Assembly: GCA_030619085.1 (NCBI GenBank)
Contig: JAUXCD010000001.1
Location: forward strand, 1 to 41,500
Direction of reading: 5' to 3'
Length of the DNA: 41,500 bases
Source: Candidatus Zixiibacteriota bacterium
Lineage (GTDB): Bacteria; Zixibacteria; MSB-5A5; GN15; FEB-12
Shown: one piece after another, positions 8,475-16,728 of the stretch
How positions within the stretch are numbered: position 1 is the first letter of the stretch
Layout of the letters: every line of letters starts with the position of its first letter
Made by a program: the position numbers and the translations under genes
The notes under the pieces: generated by a model
The model's input: the letters and a program-made list of their open reading frames with translations, nothing else
What the model was told of the DNA's origin: nothing
The model's database searches: none

Positions 8475-8785
8475 TTTTTGGTTCCTGTGTTTGGGACTGC
8501 CACGGCAGTGTTTAACCGTAAACAACCGCTAACTTCGATAGTGCGGGCCTATTGACTATACGACACTGCCGGCTAAGTTATTTGTGTTGGCCGGTCTGTT
8601 GGCGGAGCAAGTATGGCCCTTTAACGCTAAGACGTGGCAATAGGTTCCTTGACCTATTTCGGAAGAAATCACGGCCTTCTTGACTATCACGCCCGACCAT
8701 ATCAATTGACAAGGAATCAACAATTTTCGTAGCTTGGATTCAGCAACCGCCTGCTGAGCCGATAAGCAATATGACACGGTAGAAT

Positions 8786-11296
8786 ATGATCATACGACTG
8801 AAAAACAGACAACCCGTCCTGGTCACTGACAAAGTAAGTAAGTACCCAGTATTGCCGCTCAAAACGGGCGTGCTTTTCCCCGGGCAGGTGCTCACTATCC
8901 AGGTTGGCCTACCAGCCAACCTCAAGCTCATTGATTACTGCTTATCCCGCAACCGGGAGTTTATTGCGTCTTATTCGCCGTTCACCGACGATGACGAGGA
9001 GAACCCCAGGGTAAGCGAAATCAGCGTCTTGGGGCGGATTCGCGACGCCAAGGAAGCGTCATCCAATTCTAAGATTATCACTATTGAAGGTATTCAGCGG
9101 ATGGCTCTGGACAAGATTCTGGAGCGCCAACCTTTAATTAAAGCGACCGCCAATCGTATGCAGCTTCAGGCTGTTGGCGCCAAGGCCTTCACGGAAGCTA
9201 TCGAGGACGTTATCGATACCGTCCGGGAAATAATTCACCTGGATCCCACTTATTCGCCGGAAATGTTGCGGGTTATCAAAATGAGTCAGGATGATCCGTC
9301 TTTGTTTGCCGATGCCGTCGCGGCCAATTTCCGTTTTCCTCTGCCGTCGCGCCAGGAAATCCTCGAAACGGTTAATCTGAAAGTCCGTTTCAAGCGTCTT
9401 CTGAACCATCTTAATGTAGAATTGAGCCAGGTCGCTACCGTGTACGAAATAAATGAGAATGTCTCCGAATCACTCGAAAGAGAGCAACGCAAGCACTTCC
9501 TTCGGCAGCAGTTACGGGAGATAAGAAAGCAACTCGGCGAAGATCTGACCGAAGAAAGGGAAGCCGCACGCATCAAAAGCATGGTCAAGGCCCGGCCCGA
9601 CCTGCCCCCGGATGTTGTTTCCCGGGCGTATATCGAAGCTGACCGTCTCACCCAGCTATCGACCGCCTCGGCCGAATACGGTGTGACCAAAAACTACCTC
9701 GATTGGCTGTTAGCCCTGCCCTGGGAGAAATTTACCCCGGAGGAGTATGATATTCGCGATGCGGAAAAGGTGCTGTCAAAGGAGTATTTCGGTTCAACCA
9801 GCATAAAGGAACAGATTCTCCAGCGGCTTTCTGTCCGGAAACTTCTCGGCGGCGTCAGCGAAGGACCGGCGCTATGTCTGGTAGGTGCTCACGGCACCGG
9901 CAAGGCCTCCCTGGCCCGGGCGGTCGCCCGTGCGATGGGCAAAGAGTTTATCCGTATTTCGGCCGGGGGCATCGCCGACGTTGCGGAAATAAAGGGAACA
10001 CCGCGCACCTTCCTGGGCGCGATGCCTGGTAAGATAATCCGTGCTCTCAAGGATGCCGGTTCCTGTGATCCGGTGATTCTCATCGAGGATATCGACTATT
10101 TCAATATCGAGAACGACTCATCGGTAAACATGGCGTTGCTGGAAGTGATCGATGTTCGCCATAACTCACGGTTTCTCGACACCTACCTGGGCGTGCCGTT
10201 TGATTTGAGCAAGGTGTTTTTCATCTGCTCCGTGCGTTCCTATGAGGAGCTCCCCGAGCAGTTCATTGACCGCATGGAGATTTTGGAACTGCCGGGATAT
10301 ATCGAAAAAGAAAAGATTGTCATTGCCAAGCGGTACATAATCCCCAGCCTGCTGAAGAAGCACGGTATTCTGAAGTCGGAACTGAAATTCGCGCAGAAAA
10401 TACTGTCTAAGATTATCAACAATTATACGATGGAAGCCGGACTGACGGGTTTCTCCCAGCAGATAGAGAAGATCTGCCGCAAGATTGCCCTGGAAAAGGT
10501 TGAGAAGAAAAAGACCTCGTGGCGAATCAATGAGAAGAATCTCGAGAGTTTTCTCGGTCAGCCCATCTTCATTCCGGAAAAGCCGGACAGCCAGCCCGAA
10601 ATAGGTTCCGCAACCGGCCTGGCCTGGACCGGGTCCGGCGGTGACCTGATGTTCATCGAGGGTCTGAAGATGAAGGGGGATGGCAACATCTTCAGCACCG
10701 GCTCGCTGGGCGATGTGATGAAAGAATCCATTCAGGCGGCTCATTCCTATGTCCGGTCCAAAGCCGACATGTTGGGCGTTGATGCCAACGATTTTAACGA
10801 ATTCGATATTCACGTCCATTTCCCGTCCGGTGCCATCCCCAAAGACGGCCCCTCGGCGGGAATCACCGTTTGCCTGGTTATCGCCTCGGTGATGTCGGAG
10901 CGGCCCATCCGAAATGATATTGCTATGACCGGCGAGGTGACTCTGCGGGGTAGAGTGTTACCGGTGGGTGGCATCAAGGAAAAAGTATCCGCGGCATACC
11001 GGGCCGGCATTTACCACGTCGCCCTGCCGAAGGAAAACGAAAAAGATCTCAAGGAACTGCCCCGCGAGATTATTCGCAAGACGAAGTTCACGTATATCGA
11101 GCGAGTTGACGAGTTGTTTGAGACATGTCTGCTCAATTTCACACCGTCGGCCTTTACCCTCGAGAAAGTCTTTGCCGAGGAAATGGAGAAGGCCCGAAAA
11201 AAGCAGTTGAAGCGCACGCCTAAGGCCAAACCTAAGGCCAAACCTAAGACCAAACCTAAGACCAAGCCGAAATCTACCCGCACTCCCAAGAAGTAG
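8786..11296 (+). CDS. lon: LonA-architecture protease with divergent AAA+ motifs and a Lys-rich C-terminal tail
   Basis: 836 aa. It has the Lon N-domain ([16 protein letters not shown]) and an AAA+ module alignable by eye to E. coli Lon. The protease domain carries PKDGPSAG (Ser) and GGIKEK (Lys). The C-terminus is [18 protein letters not shown]. Confidence 0.85.
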   Translation: MIIRLKNRQPVLVTDKVSKYPVLPLKTGVLFPGQVLTIQVGLPANLKLIDYCLSRNREFIASYSPFTDDDEENPRVSEISVLGRIRDAKEASSNSKIITIEGIQRMALDKILERQPLIKATANRMQLQAVGAKAFTEAIEDVIDTVREIIHLDPTYSPEMLRVIKMSQDDPSLFADAVAANFRFPLPSRQEILETVNLKVRFKRLLNHLNVELSQVATVYEINENVSESLEREQRKHFLRQQLREIRKQLGEDLTEEREAARIKSMVKARPDLPPDVVSRAYIEADRLTQLSTASAEYGVTKNYLDWLLALPWEKFTPEEYDIRDAEKVLSKEYFGSTSIKEQILQRLSVRKLLGGVSEGPALCLVGAHGTGKASLARAVARAMGKEFIRISAGGIADVAEIKGTPRTFLGAMPGKIIRALKDAGSCDPVILIEDIDYFNIENDSSVNMALLEVIDVRHNSRFLDTYLGVPFDLSKVFFICSVRSYEELPEQFIDRMEILELPGYIEKEKIVIAKRYIIPSLLKKHGILKSELKFAQKILSKIINNYTMEAGLTGFSQQIEKICRKIALEKVEKKKTSWRINEKNLESFLGQPIFIPEKPDSQPEIGSATGLAWTGSGGDLMFIEGLKMKGDGNIFSTGSLGDVMKESIQAAHSYVRSKADMLGVDANDFNEFDIHVHFPSGAIPKDGPSAGITVCLVIASVMSERPIRNDIAMTGEVTLRGRVLPVGGIKEKVSAAYRAGIYHVALPKENEKDLKELPREIIRKTKFTYIERVDELFETCLLNFTPSAFTLEKVFAEEMEKARKKQLKRTPKAKPKAKPKTKPKTKPKSTRTPKK
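11219..11272 (+). repeat. 12-bp in-frame tandem repeat (cctaaggccaaa-like, about 4.5 copies) encoding (PKxK)n
   Basis: The copies are cctaaggccaaa x2 (11219-11242), cctaagaccaaa (11243-11254), cctaagaccaag (11255-11266) and ccgaaa. The repeat lies inside the 3' end of lon. Confidence 0.9.
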
Positions 11297-11331
11297 CGGT
11301 GCGTCATCGCATTCACTTTCCAACAAATATC

Positions 11332-11361
11332 TTGACACCACGCATCATCGGTTATTATTAT
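11332..11361 (+). promoter_or_regulatory. Sigma70-like promoter (TTGACA-18 nt-TATTAT), distal to the next CDS
   Basis: TTGACA is at 11332-11337 and TATTAT at 11356-11361. It sits ~245 nt upstream of ATG 11605. A second weaker candidate, TTCATA(11550-55)-18 nt-TAGAAT(11574-79), sits just upstream of the SD. Confidence 0.45.
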
Positions 11362-11604
11362 AGATATATAAGGGACGAGTACATTTTTCTTCGGAAACCT
11401 TGGTCCATATTCTGGGGCGTGACGTATTAGGTAAGAACTTTGAATCCATTCTAAACTTTGATAAAATTACTGATCTTCCTTACCAATTAATTGTACGCGT
11501 CACATCGAGAATGTCGTGGTGGTGGGTATAAATATGTTAAGGGCGCGGGTTCATAAAGATACAAGTAACTTGTTAGAATATGAATATTTGCATGGAGGCA
11601 AAAG

Positions 11605-13935
11605 ATGAGACGTGAGTTGTCATGGCTGCTTATCCTGGTCTTGTTGTGTCCATTTATGTCAGTGACGGCACAGGGGTTGATGTCACTGGATCACACTGAT
11701 GGCCTGTGGAATACCGATACGATTGAAATCAATCAGCCGGTAACATTCCATATCCGTATGAACAACAATACCGGCTATAATATTACCGGCTCCACCAACG
11801 GCTTCAGGGTTTATTCGCCCACGGGTGCACAGTGGGACACCACGGTGGGGACCGCCACCGGGGCCGTGACTGCTGCCATGTATGAACAGGGCATTTTCGT
11901 CAATAATTTCAGCATCGACGGCATAGGCGCCGATACAGTCGGTTTTGGAGGTTTCAAATTATTCGCACCCGGAATCCCGGCCGGCTTCAACGAAATCGTA
12001 TGGACCTTACAAATCGGTCCTATCGATGCCGCTTACCATCTCGGCCAAATCTGTCTTGACAGCAGTTTCTACCCGCCGATCAGTTTCTGGAAATGGTCAA
12101 CGACGGGAGGAGACGTTTACCCCGATTGGGACGGTCCGCACTGCTTTACGATACTCGACCCCGATGCGCCGATAGTCTCTAACCTGGTTTTGAGTCCTGA
12201 CTCGTTGCACTTCAGCGGTATGGAAGGCGCCGGAAGTCCCCCCGGCCAGATTTGTACAATTAGTTCCGATGGTCAGCCCCTCAGTTTCACGCTGACCGAG
12301 AATATCGATTGGTTGCTGCTAAGCCCGACTCAGGGAACCACCACGCAGGCCATCAACGTGCTGATTAACTCCACCGGACTGATGGCCGGGATGTATGTTG
12401 ATTCGGTGTTGGTGAGTTCGGCGACAGCCTCAAATTCGCCGCAGTACCTGGTGGTTACGTTGGAAATCATTCCACCGCCGCCGGTGATCGGGGTAGACCC
12501 GGAGCAGTTCTATTTCAATGCCGTAGCCGGTGAGGCTGACCCCGATGACAAGATTCTGACCATAACCAACATCGGTGGTTCCACACTCGATTGGACCGTG
12601 TCTAACACGGAATCCTGGCTGTCACTGAGTCCGATTTTTGGCGGTGATCTCGGCCATGTCACCGTATCGGTTGATATCACCGGTTTGCCGTTTGGAGATT
12701 ACGTTGATACTATCGTTGTAACGGATCCCAACGCGACCAACAGCCCGGTCAAAGTCCCGGTTTTCCTGTCGGTTGGCTCCGACCTGCCAATAATCGAGGT
12801 TGATTCCCTGTTCAACTATGTCATCGTGCCCACCGGGCAGCCCACCATTCCGCCCTGGACGATCACCATCCGCAACGGTGGCGCCGGCGGTATGTCTTTC
12901 TGGCTGGAAGAGGATTCCCCCCGGTTGTTTACGCTGACTCCCTCTTCCGGTGTGGCTCCGCAGGATGTGGAAGTTGGTTTCAAAATCACCGGCGGCACGG
13001 CCGGCGTCGATTACTATGACACCCTCTGGGTGTATTCCAATGAAGCCATAAACTCGCCGGTGCCGGTGGTCTTTGTGATGCATTATGTCGATGACCCTGC
13101 TGTTCTGCATCCGGGGAAAGATACCATCCGGTTTGAGGTGTTCGAGTGTGATATGGGAGCCAAGGTTTTGATGCCGATGGACTACTTCCTGGTCGATAAC
13201 ATCGGCGGCGACGATCCGCTTCCGTTCCAACTTATCTATGAATCCGATCTGTTCTGGCTGGACTATGATTCGGCTGTGGCGCCATTCCTGATTACAGCAA
13301 CCGCCAAAGATATCCAGCTCCCGCTAGGGACTTACTATGACACCATCTTGATAGTGGCACCGAAAGCGACTAATTCGCCGGATACCGTTATTGTCCGTTT
13401 TGACATGATTGCCGGGCTGGTTGATCCGGAGATTTACCTGAGCAAAGACAATTACATCATTTCTACCCAGGAGAATGCCGGTCCGACCCCGCCGAATGTG
13501 TTCGAGATTCTGAATCGTTACGGCGGCTGTATGGAATGGGATATTGATGAAGACGTACCCTGGCTATATCCCGACATCATTGCCGGTAATGTGCCGGGTA
13601 TTGTCGGGTTGACGGCCAATGCCGCCGGCTTCCCATTTGGACAATATGCCGACTCTTTCTACGTGGTGGCACCCGATGCGACTAATTCGCCGAGGAAGGT
13701 TACCCTGTTGATGAAGGTCTGGCGGTTCCACGGTGACTGGGATTATAACGCCGTAATTAACATCTCCGACCTGGTGGCCATGGCTGATTATCTCTTCGGA
13801 GGTGGCCCCGAGCCTCAACCGGAGAGGGTTGTCGGTGACCTCGACTGCAACCATCGTATCGATGTCTCTGATATGACCTATTTCTCTGAGTACCTGTTCC
13901 TGAATGGACCGATTCCGTGCGGTAATCCCTACTAA
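11605..13935 (+). CDS. Secreted multi-domain protein: unknown N-domain, ~5 BACON/Ig-like repeats, C-terminal dockerin-like module
   Basis: 776 aa with GGAGG 6-7 nt upstream. The signal peptide is MRRELSWLLILVLLCPFMSVTAQG. Repeats of about 100 aa each end in an x-[AS]-[TSI]-NSP-x motif (ATASNSPQYL, PNATNSPVKV, NEAINSPVPV, PKATNSPDTV, PDATNSPRKV). The C-terminus has two Ca-loop-like segments (INISDLVAMADYLFGGGPEP / DLDCNHRIDVSDMTYFSEYLF). Confidence 0.8.
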   Translation: MRRELSWLLILVLLCPFMSVTAQGLMSLDHTDGLWNTDTIEINQPVTFHIRMNNNTGYNITGSTNGFRVYSPTGAQWDTTVGTATGAVTAAMYEQGIFVNNFSIDGIGADTVGFGGFKLFAPGIPAGFNEIVWTLQIGPIDAAYHLGQICLDSSFYPPISFWKWSTTGGDVYPDWDGPHCFTILDPDAPIVSNLVLSPDSLHFSGMEGAGSPPGQICTISSDGQPLSFTLTENIDWLLLSPTQGTTTQAINVLINSTGLMAGMYVDSVLVSSATASNSPQYLVVTLEIIPPPPVIGVDPEQFYFNAVAGEADPDDKILTITNIGGSTLDWTVSNTESWLSLSPIFGGDLGHVTVSVDITGLPFGDYVDTIVVTDPNATNSPVKVPVFLSVGSDLPIIEVDSLFNYVIVPTGQPTIPPWTITIRNGGAGGMSFWLEEDSPRLFTLTPSSGVAPQDVEVGFKITGGTAGVDYYDTLWVYSNEAINSPVPVVFVMHYVDDPAVLHPGKDTIRFEVFECDMGAKVLMPMDYFLVDNIGGDDPLPFQLIYESDLFWLDYDSAVAPFLITATAKDIQLPLGTYYDTILIVAPKATNSPDTVIVRFDMIAGLVDPEIYLSKDNYIISTQENAGPTPPNVFEILNRYGGCMEWDIDEDVPWLYPDIIAGNVPGIVGLTANAAGFPFGQYADSFYVVAPDATNSPRKVTLLMKVWRFHGDWDYNAVINISDLVAMADYLFGGGPEPQPERVVGDLDCNHRIDVSDMTYFSEYLFLNGPIPCGNPY

Positions 13936-13966
13936 TCAAAGAATTGATTCGCACGCCTAAAATATG

Positions 13967-13999
13967 GGCGCCGTCAATCAACAGACGGCGCCTTTTTTT
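13967..13999 (+). terminator. Rho-independent terminator
   Basis: 9-bp GC-rich stem ggcgccgtc (13967-75) pairs with gacggcgcc (13984-92). The loop is 8 nt and a T7 run follows (13993-99). Confidence 0.85.
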
Positions 14000-14151
14000 G
14001 TCAATCCGGGGTATGGGATGCAGTTGCCAGCGAGTTGCCACAGGGGTTGGTAAATGTATAAATGGCATCCAAATAATCCATGAACTCGGCGCTGCCTCTG
14101 GCTGTTACAGAAAACAACGCACTTTCCGATCTGATCTAATAGGATTTGTGC

Positions 14152-14180
14152 TTGACAAAAAAGGCTGATATGGTACTTTT
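14152..14180 (+). promoter_or_regulatory. Candidate promoter (TTGACA-16 nt-TACTTT)
   Basis: TTGACA is at 14152-57 and TACTTT at 14174-79. A TATAAT hexamer is also present at 14221-26 without a good -35. Either could drive the M1 peptidase gene. Confidence 0.35.
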
Positions 14181-14272
14181 GGATAGTACCCACAGACAGT
14201 CTGCTTTATGCATGTGTTTGTATAATAACTATTTAGCCGCCACGACTTTTTGCCGTGCCTGGAGGAGTAGAC

Positions 14273-16522
14273 ATGACAGCACCATCGGCGATGATGAAGC
14301 AAATCTTGTTCGCGATTCTCATAACCCTTATTGCCTGGCCGGTTCTGGCAGCTGATGTTGAACCCGAAGTGGACTGGGATAATGTCCCGGCCTCGGAAAT
14401 ACATCGCATCCTGTGGCAATCCAAGGCTCAAGCGATCCTGGACCAGGATTTTTCACGCCGTCTAACCAGTAGTGCTGCAATCACCAGTACCCAGACCAAT
14501 TACGATGTCCTATTCTACGACATAAGCATCCGGGTAAACGATACGACGGAATGGCTGTACGGAAGGGTAAAGTTTGTGGCCAACGCTGCTGAAGATGGTG
14601 TCAGCGAGATTCAGGTCGATTACTATGCCTCGATGGCCATCGACTCGATAGTGGCGCCATCAGGGCCGCTGGCGTACACTCGCAGCGGCGACGTGGTGAC
14701 GGTGACGCTGGGCCAGACCTACATCACCGGCGAGACATTTGAATTTGATTTCTATTACAATGGTCACCCGGCCGAGGATGGTCTGCAGGCCTTTGCTTTT
14801 GACTGGCGTCTGAGCAAGCGAGTGATGACGACACTCTCCGAGCCGTATTTCGCCCGAACCTGGTGGCCCTGCAAGGACCGCATGGATGATAAGGCGGACT
14901 CCTTCCTTATCGAGATAATCGTTGATACCAGCTTCTATGTCGGTTCCAACGGCACGCTCGATTCTACCGTCGACCACGGTGACAATACGCACAGTTTCTA
15001 CTACACCTGTCACTATCCGATGGTTACCTATCTGTTTTCACTGGCCATCTCCGACTACACGATCTGGTACGACGAGTGGCCGTACAACAACGACAATGAC
15101 ACCATGCCGCTGGTTCACGCGGTGTATCCCGACCGCTATGATTATTCATTGACGAAATTCGATATAACGCCCAATGCCCTCACCATTTTTTCTGACCAGT
15201 ACGGACAGTATCCGTTTGTGGAGGAGAAATACGGTCACTCCAACTTCGAGTGGGGCGGCGCTATGGAACACCAGACCATGACCTCAACCTCTGGTGGCTC
15301 CTTCGGATTTTCGGAGCCGGTGGTGGTGCATGAACTGTCTCACCAGTGGTGGGGCGACATGATCACCTGCGAATCCTGGGGACATATCTGGCTGAATGAA
15401 GGCTGGGCCTCATACTCGGAAGCCCTGTATTATCTGGAGAAGGATGGTTGGGCCAGCTATCACTCGTACATGAACGGCATGGCCTATACGGGATCGGGAA
15501 CCATATTCGTAACCGATACGATGAGCGTGTGGACGATTTTCAACAGCAATCTTTCCTATGACAAAGGCGCCTGGGTGGTTCATATGCTCCGTGGAGTGCT
15601 AGGAGATCAGGCCTTCTTTGACGGCGTGGATGCCTACTACCATTCCGAGTACCAGCACGCCGCGGCCACGACCGAGAAGTTCCGCGATGTCTTCGAGGGC
15701 GCTACCGGTGTCGAACTTGACTGGTTCTTCCAGCAGTGGATTTACGGCAGTTACCAGCCGTCGTTTCGATTCTCCTACTGGGAGGAGCCGGCCGATGGTG
15801 GTGGTAACGATGTTTACCTGGCCGTGAGGCAGATACAGAATTCGAATCCGAGCGTATTCGCCATGCCGGTTGATTTCTTCTTTGATTTCCCGGGAACCGC
15901 TGATGATGACACGCTTACCATGTGGATCTATCAGCGCCAGCAAATATTCCCGCTGCATTTCGATAATTCCCTGGACATGATTAAGCTCGACCCGTCCGAT
16001 TGGGTGTTGAAACTCGAACAGATGGAAGATTGGACGCTGCATATCCTCAACACCGACAGTGTGCTGAGCGAGGGCGAGCAGACCAAACCGTATTTTGACA
16101 GTGTCAAGGTACGCACCTCCGGCTCATTCACCGAGTACAGTATTACTTCCGGGGTTTTGCCCACCGGCTACACGCTCGACCAGAACGGTGTCATCTCCGG
16201 TAGTACGACCGAGAAGGGCCAGTTTGACTTCACCGTTTATGTGCGCGACCTCGTCAACCCATACAGTGAAGAGAAGGTGTTCAGCATAAATGTTATTGCT
16301 TTGACCGATGGTATTCCCGGTGATGTCGACCTCAGCGGACAGGTGGATATTTCCGATATTACTTTCTTCGTGGATTATTTCTTCGGTGGCGGGCCGGCAC
16401 CGGCAGTGATAAACCTGGCGGATGTGGATGGCTCGTGTGTCCTGGATATCAGCGACCTGACTTACCTGGTTGAATATCTCTTCGGCGGCGGACCGGCGTC
16501 AGTGCCGGGCTGCGTAGACTGA
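14273..16522 (+). CDS. Secreted M1-family zinc aminopeptidase with He_PIG-like Ig domain and C-terminal dockerin-like module
   Basis: The start is set at ATG 14273, with GGAGGA at 14261-66. The ORF track uses GTG 14255. The signal peptide is MMKQILFAILITLIAWPVLAA. The exopeptidase motif is GGAMEH (a GAMEN variant). Zinc site HELSH-18 aa-E is present (VVVHELSHQWWGD...WLNEGWASY). An LPTGYTLDQNGVISGSTTEKGQFDFTV Ig-like segment follows. The C-terminus is DVDLSGQVDISDITFFVDYFFGGGPAP / DVDGSCVLDISDLTYLVEYLFGGGPAS. Confidence 0.85.
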   Translation: MTAPSAMMKQILFAILITLIAWPVLAADVEPEVDWDNVPASEIHRILWQSKAQAILDQDFSRRLTSSAAITSTQTNYDVLFYDISIRVNDTTEWLYGRVKFVANAAEDGVSEIQVDYYASMAIDSIVAPSGPLAYTRSGDVVTVTLGQTYITGETFEFDFYYNGHPAEDGLQAFAFDWRLSKRVMTTLSEPYFARTWWPCKDRMDDKADSFLIEIIVDTSFYVGSNGTLDSTVDHGDNTHSFYYTCHYPMVTYLFSLAISDYTIWYDEWPYNNDNDTMPLVHAVYPDRYDYSLTKFDITPNALTIFSDQYGQYPFVEEKYGHSNFEWGGAMEHQTMTSTSGGSFGFSEPVVVHELSHQWWGDMITCESWGHIWLNEGWASYSEALYYLEKDGWASYHSYMNGMAYTGSGTIFVTDTMSVWTIFNSNLSYDKGAWVVHMLRGVLGDQAFFDGVDAYYHSEYQHAAATTEKFRDVFEGATGVELDWFFQQWIYGSYQPSFRFSYWEEPADGGGNDVYLAVRQIQNSNPSVFAMPVDFFFDFPGTADDDTLTMWIYQRQQIFPLHFDNSLDMIKLDPSDWVLKLEQMEDWTLHILNTDSVLSEGEQTKPYFDSVKVRTSGSFTEYSITSGVLPTGYTLDQNGVISGSTTEKGQFDFTVYVRDLVNPYSEEKVFSINVIALTDGIPGDVDLSGQVDISDITFFVDYFFGGGPAPAVINLADVDGSCVLDISDLTYLVEYLFGGGPASVPGCVD

Positions 16523-16587
16523 TAAGCTGACACATACACTCGCTGCAAGTTTCAGGTGGCGGTGGATGTTTACGAAAATATTCAAAA

Positions 16588-16616
16588 AGAGAGAAGCCCC
16601 GGTTCTCTCTTTTTTT
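16588..16616 (+). terminator. Rho-independent terminator
   Basis: Stem agagagaa (16588-95) pairs with ttctctct (16603-10). The loop is gccccgg and a T6-7 run follows. Confidence 0.75.
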
Positions 16617-16728
16617 ATGCCAGGGACGGTCCGGTCGCTACAAGTTTTTATTTGCGTTTATCCCCAAAAACCTTGACATTTCAGCGTATTTGAAGGATAG
16701 GCACCAGTACATACCCTCGGAGATCAGC

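Noticed and set aside
8526-8785. A riboswitch or T-box-like leader, or a small gene (8556..8777 minus, 73 aa), in the divergent cysK/lon intergenic region.
   Set aside because: I could find only short 4-6 bp hairpins. I recognised no conserved riboswitch core (SAM or other). The 73-aa ORF has no SD and an implausible composition. The promoter hexamers here are too weak for me to call.
11219-11272. The tandem repeat as a possible CRISPR, satellite or mobile-element fragment.
   Set aside because: The 12-bp units are contiguous with no spacers, are in frame, and encode the KPK tail of Lon. This is a coding microsatellite-like repeat.
11511-11531. A mini-ORF, ATG TCG TGG TGG TGG GTA TAA (MSWWWV), resembling a Trp attenuation leader peptide.
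   Set aside because: It has no usable SD, since GAGA directly abuts the ATG. No terminator/antiterminator pair follows it. The downstream gene is a secreted repeat protein, not a Trp-related gene. It is most likely a chance G-rich run.
13944-14168. A 74-aa ORF between the BACON protein and the M1 peptidase.
   Set aside because: It runs straight through the strong rho-independent terminator (13967-13999), has no SD, and is Arg/Gly/Cys-rich. I treat it as non-coding.
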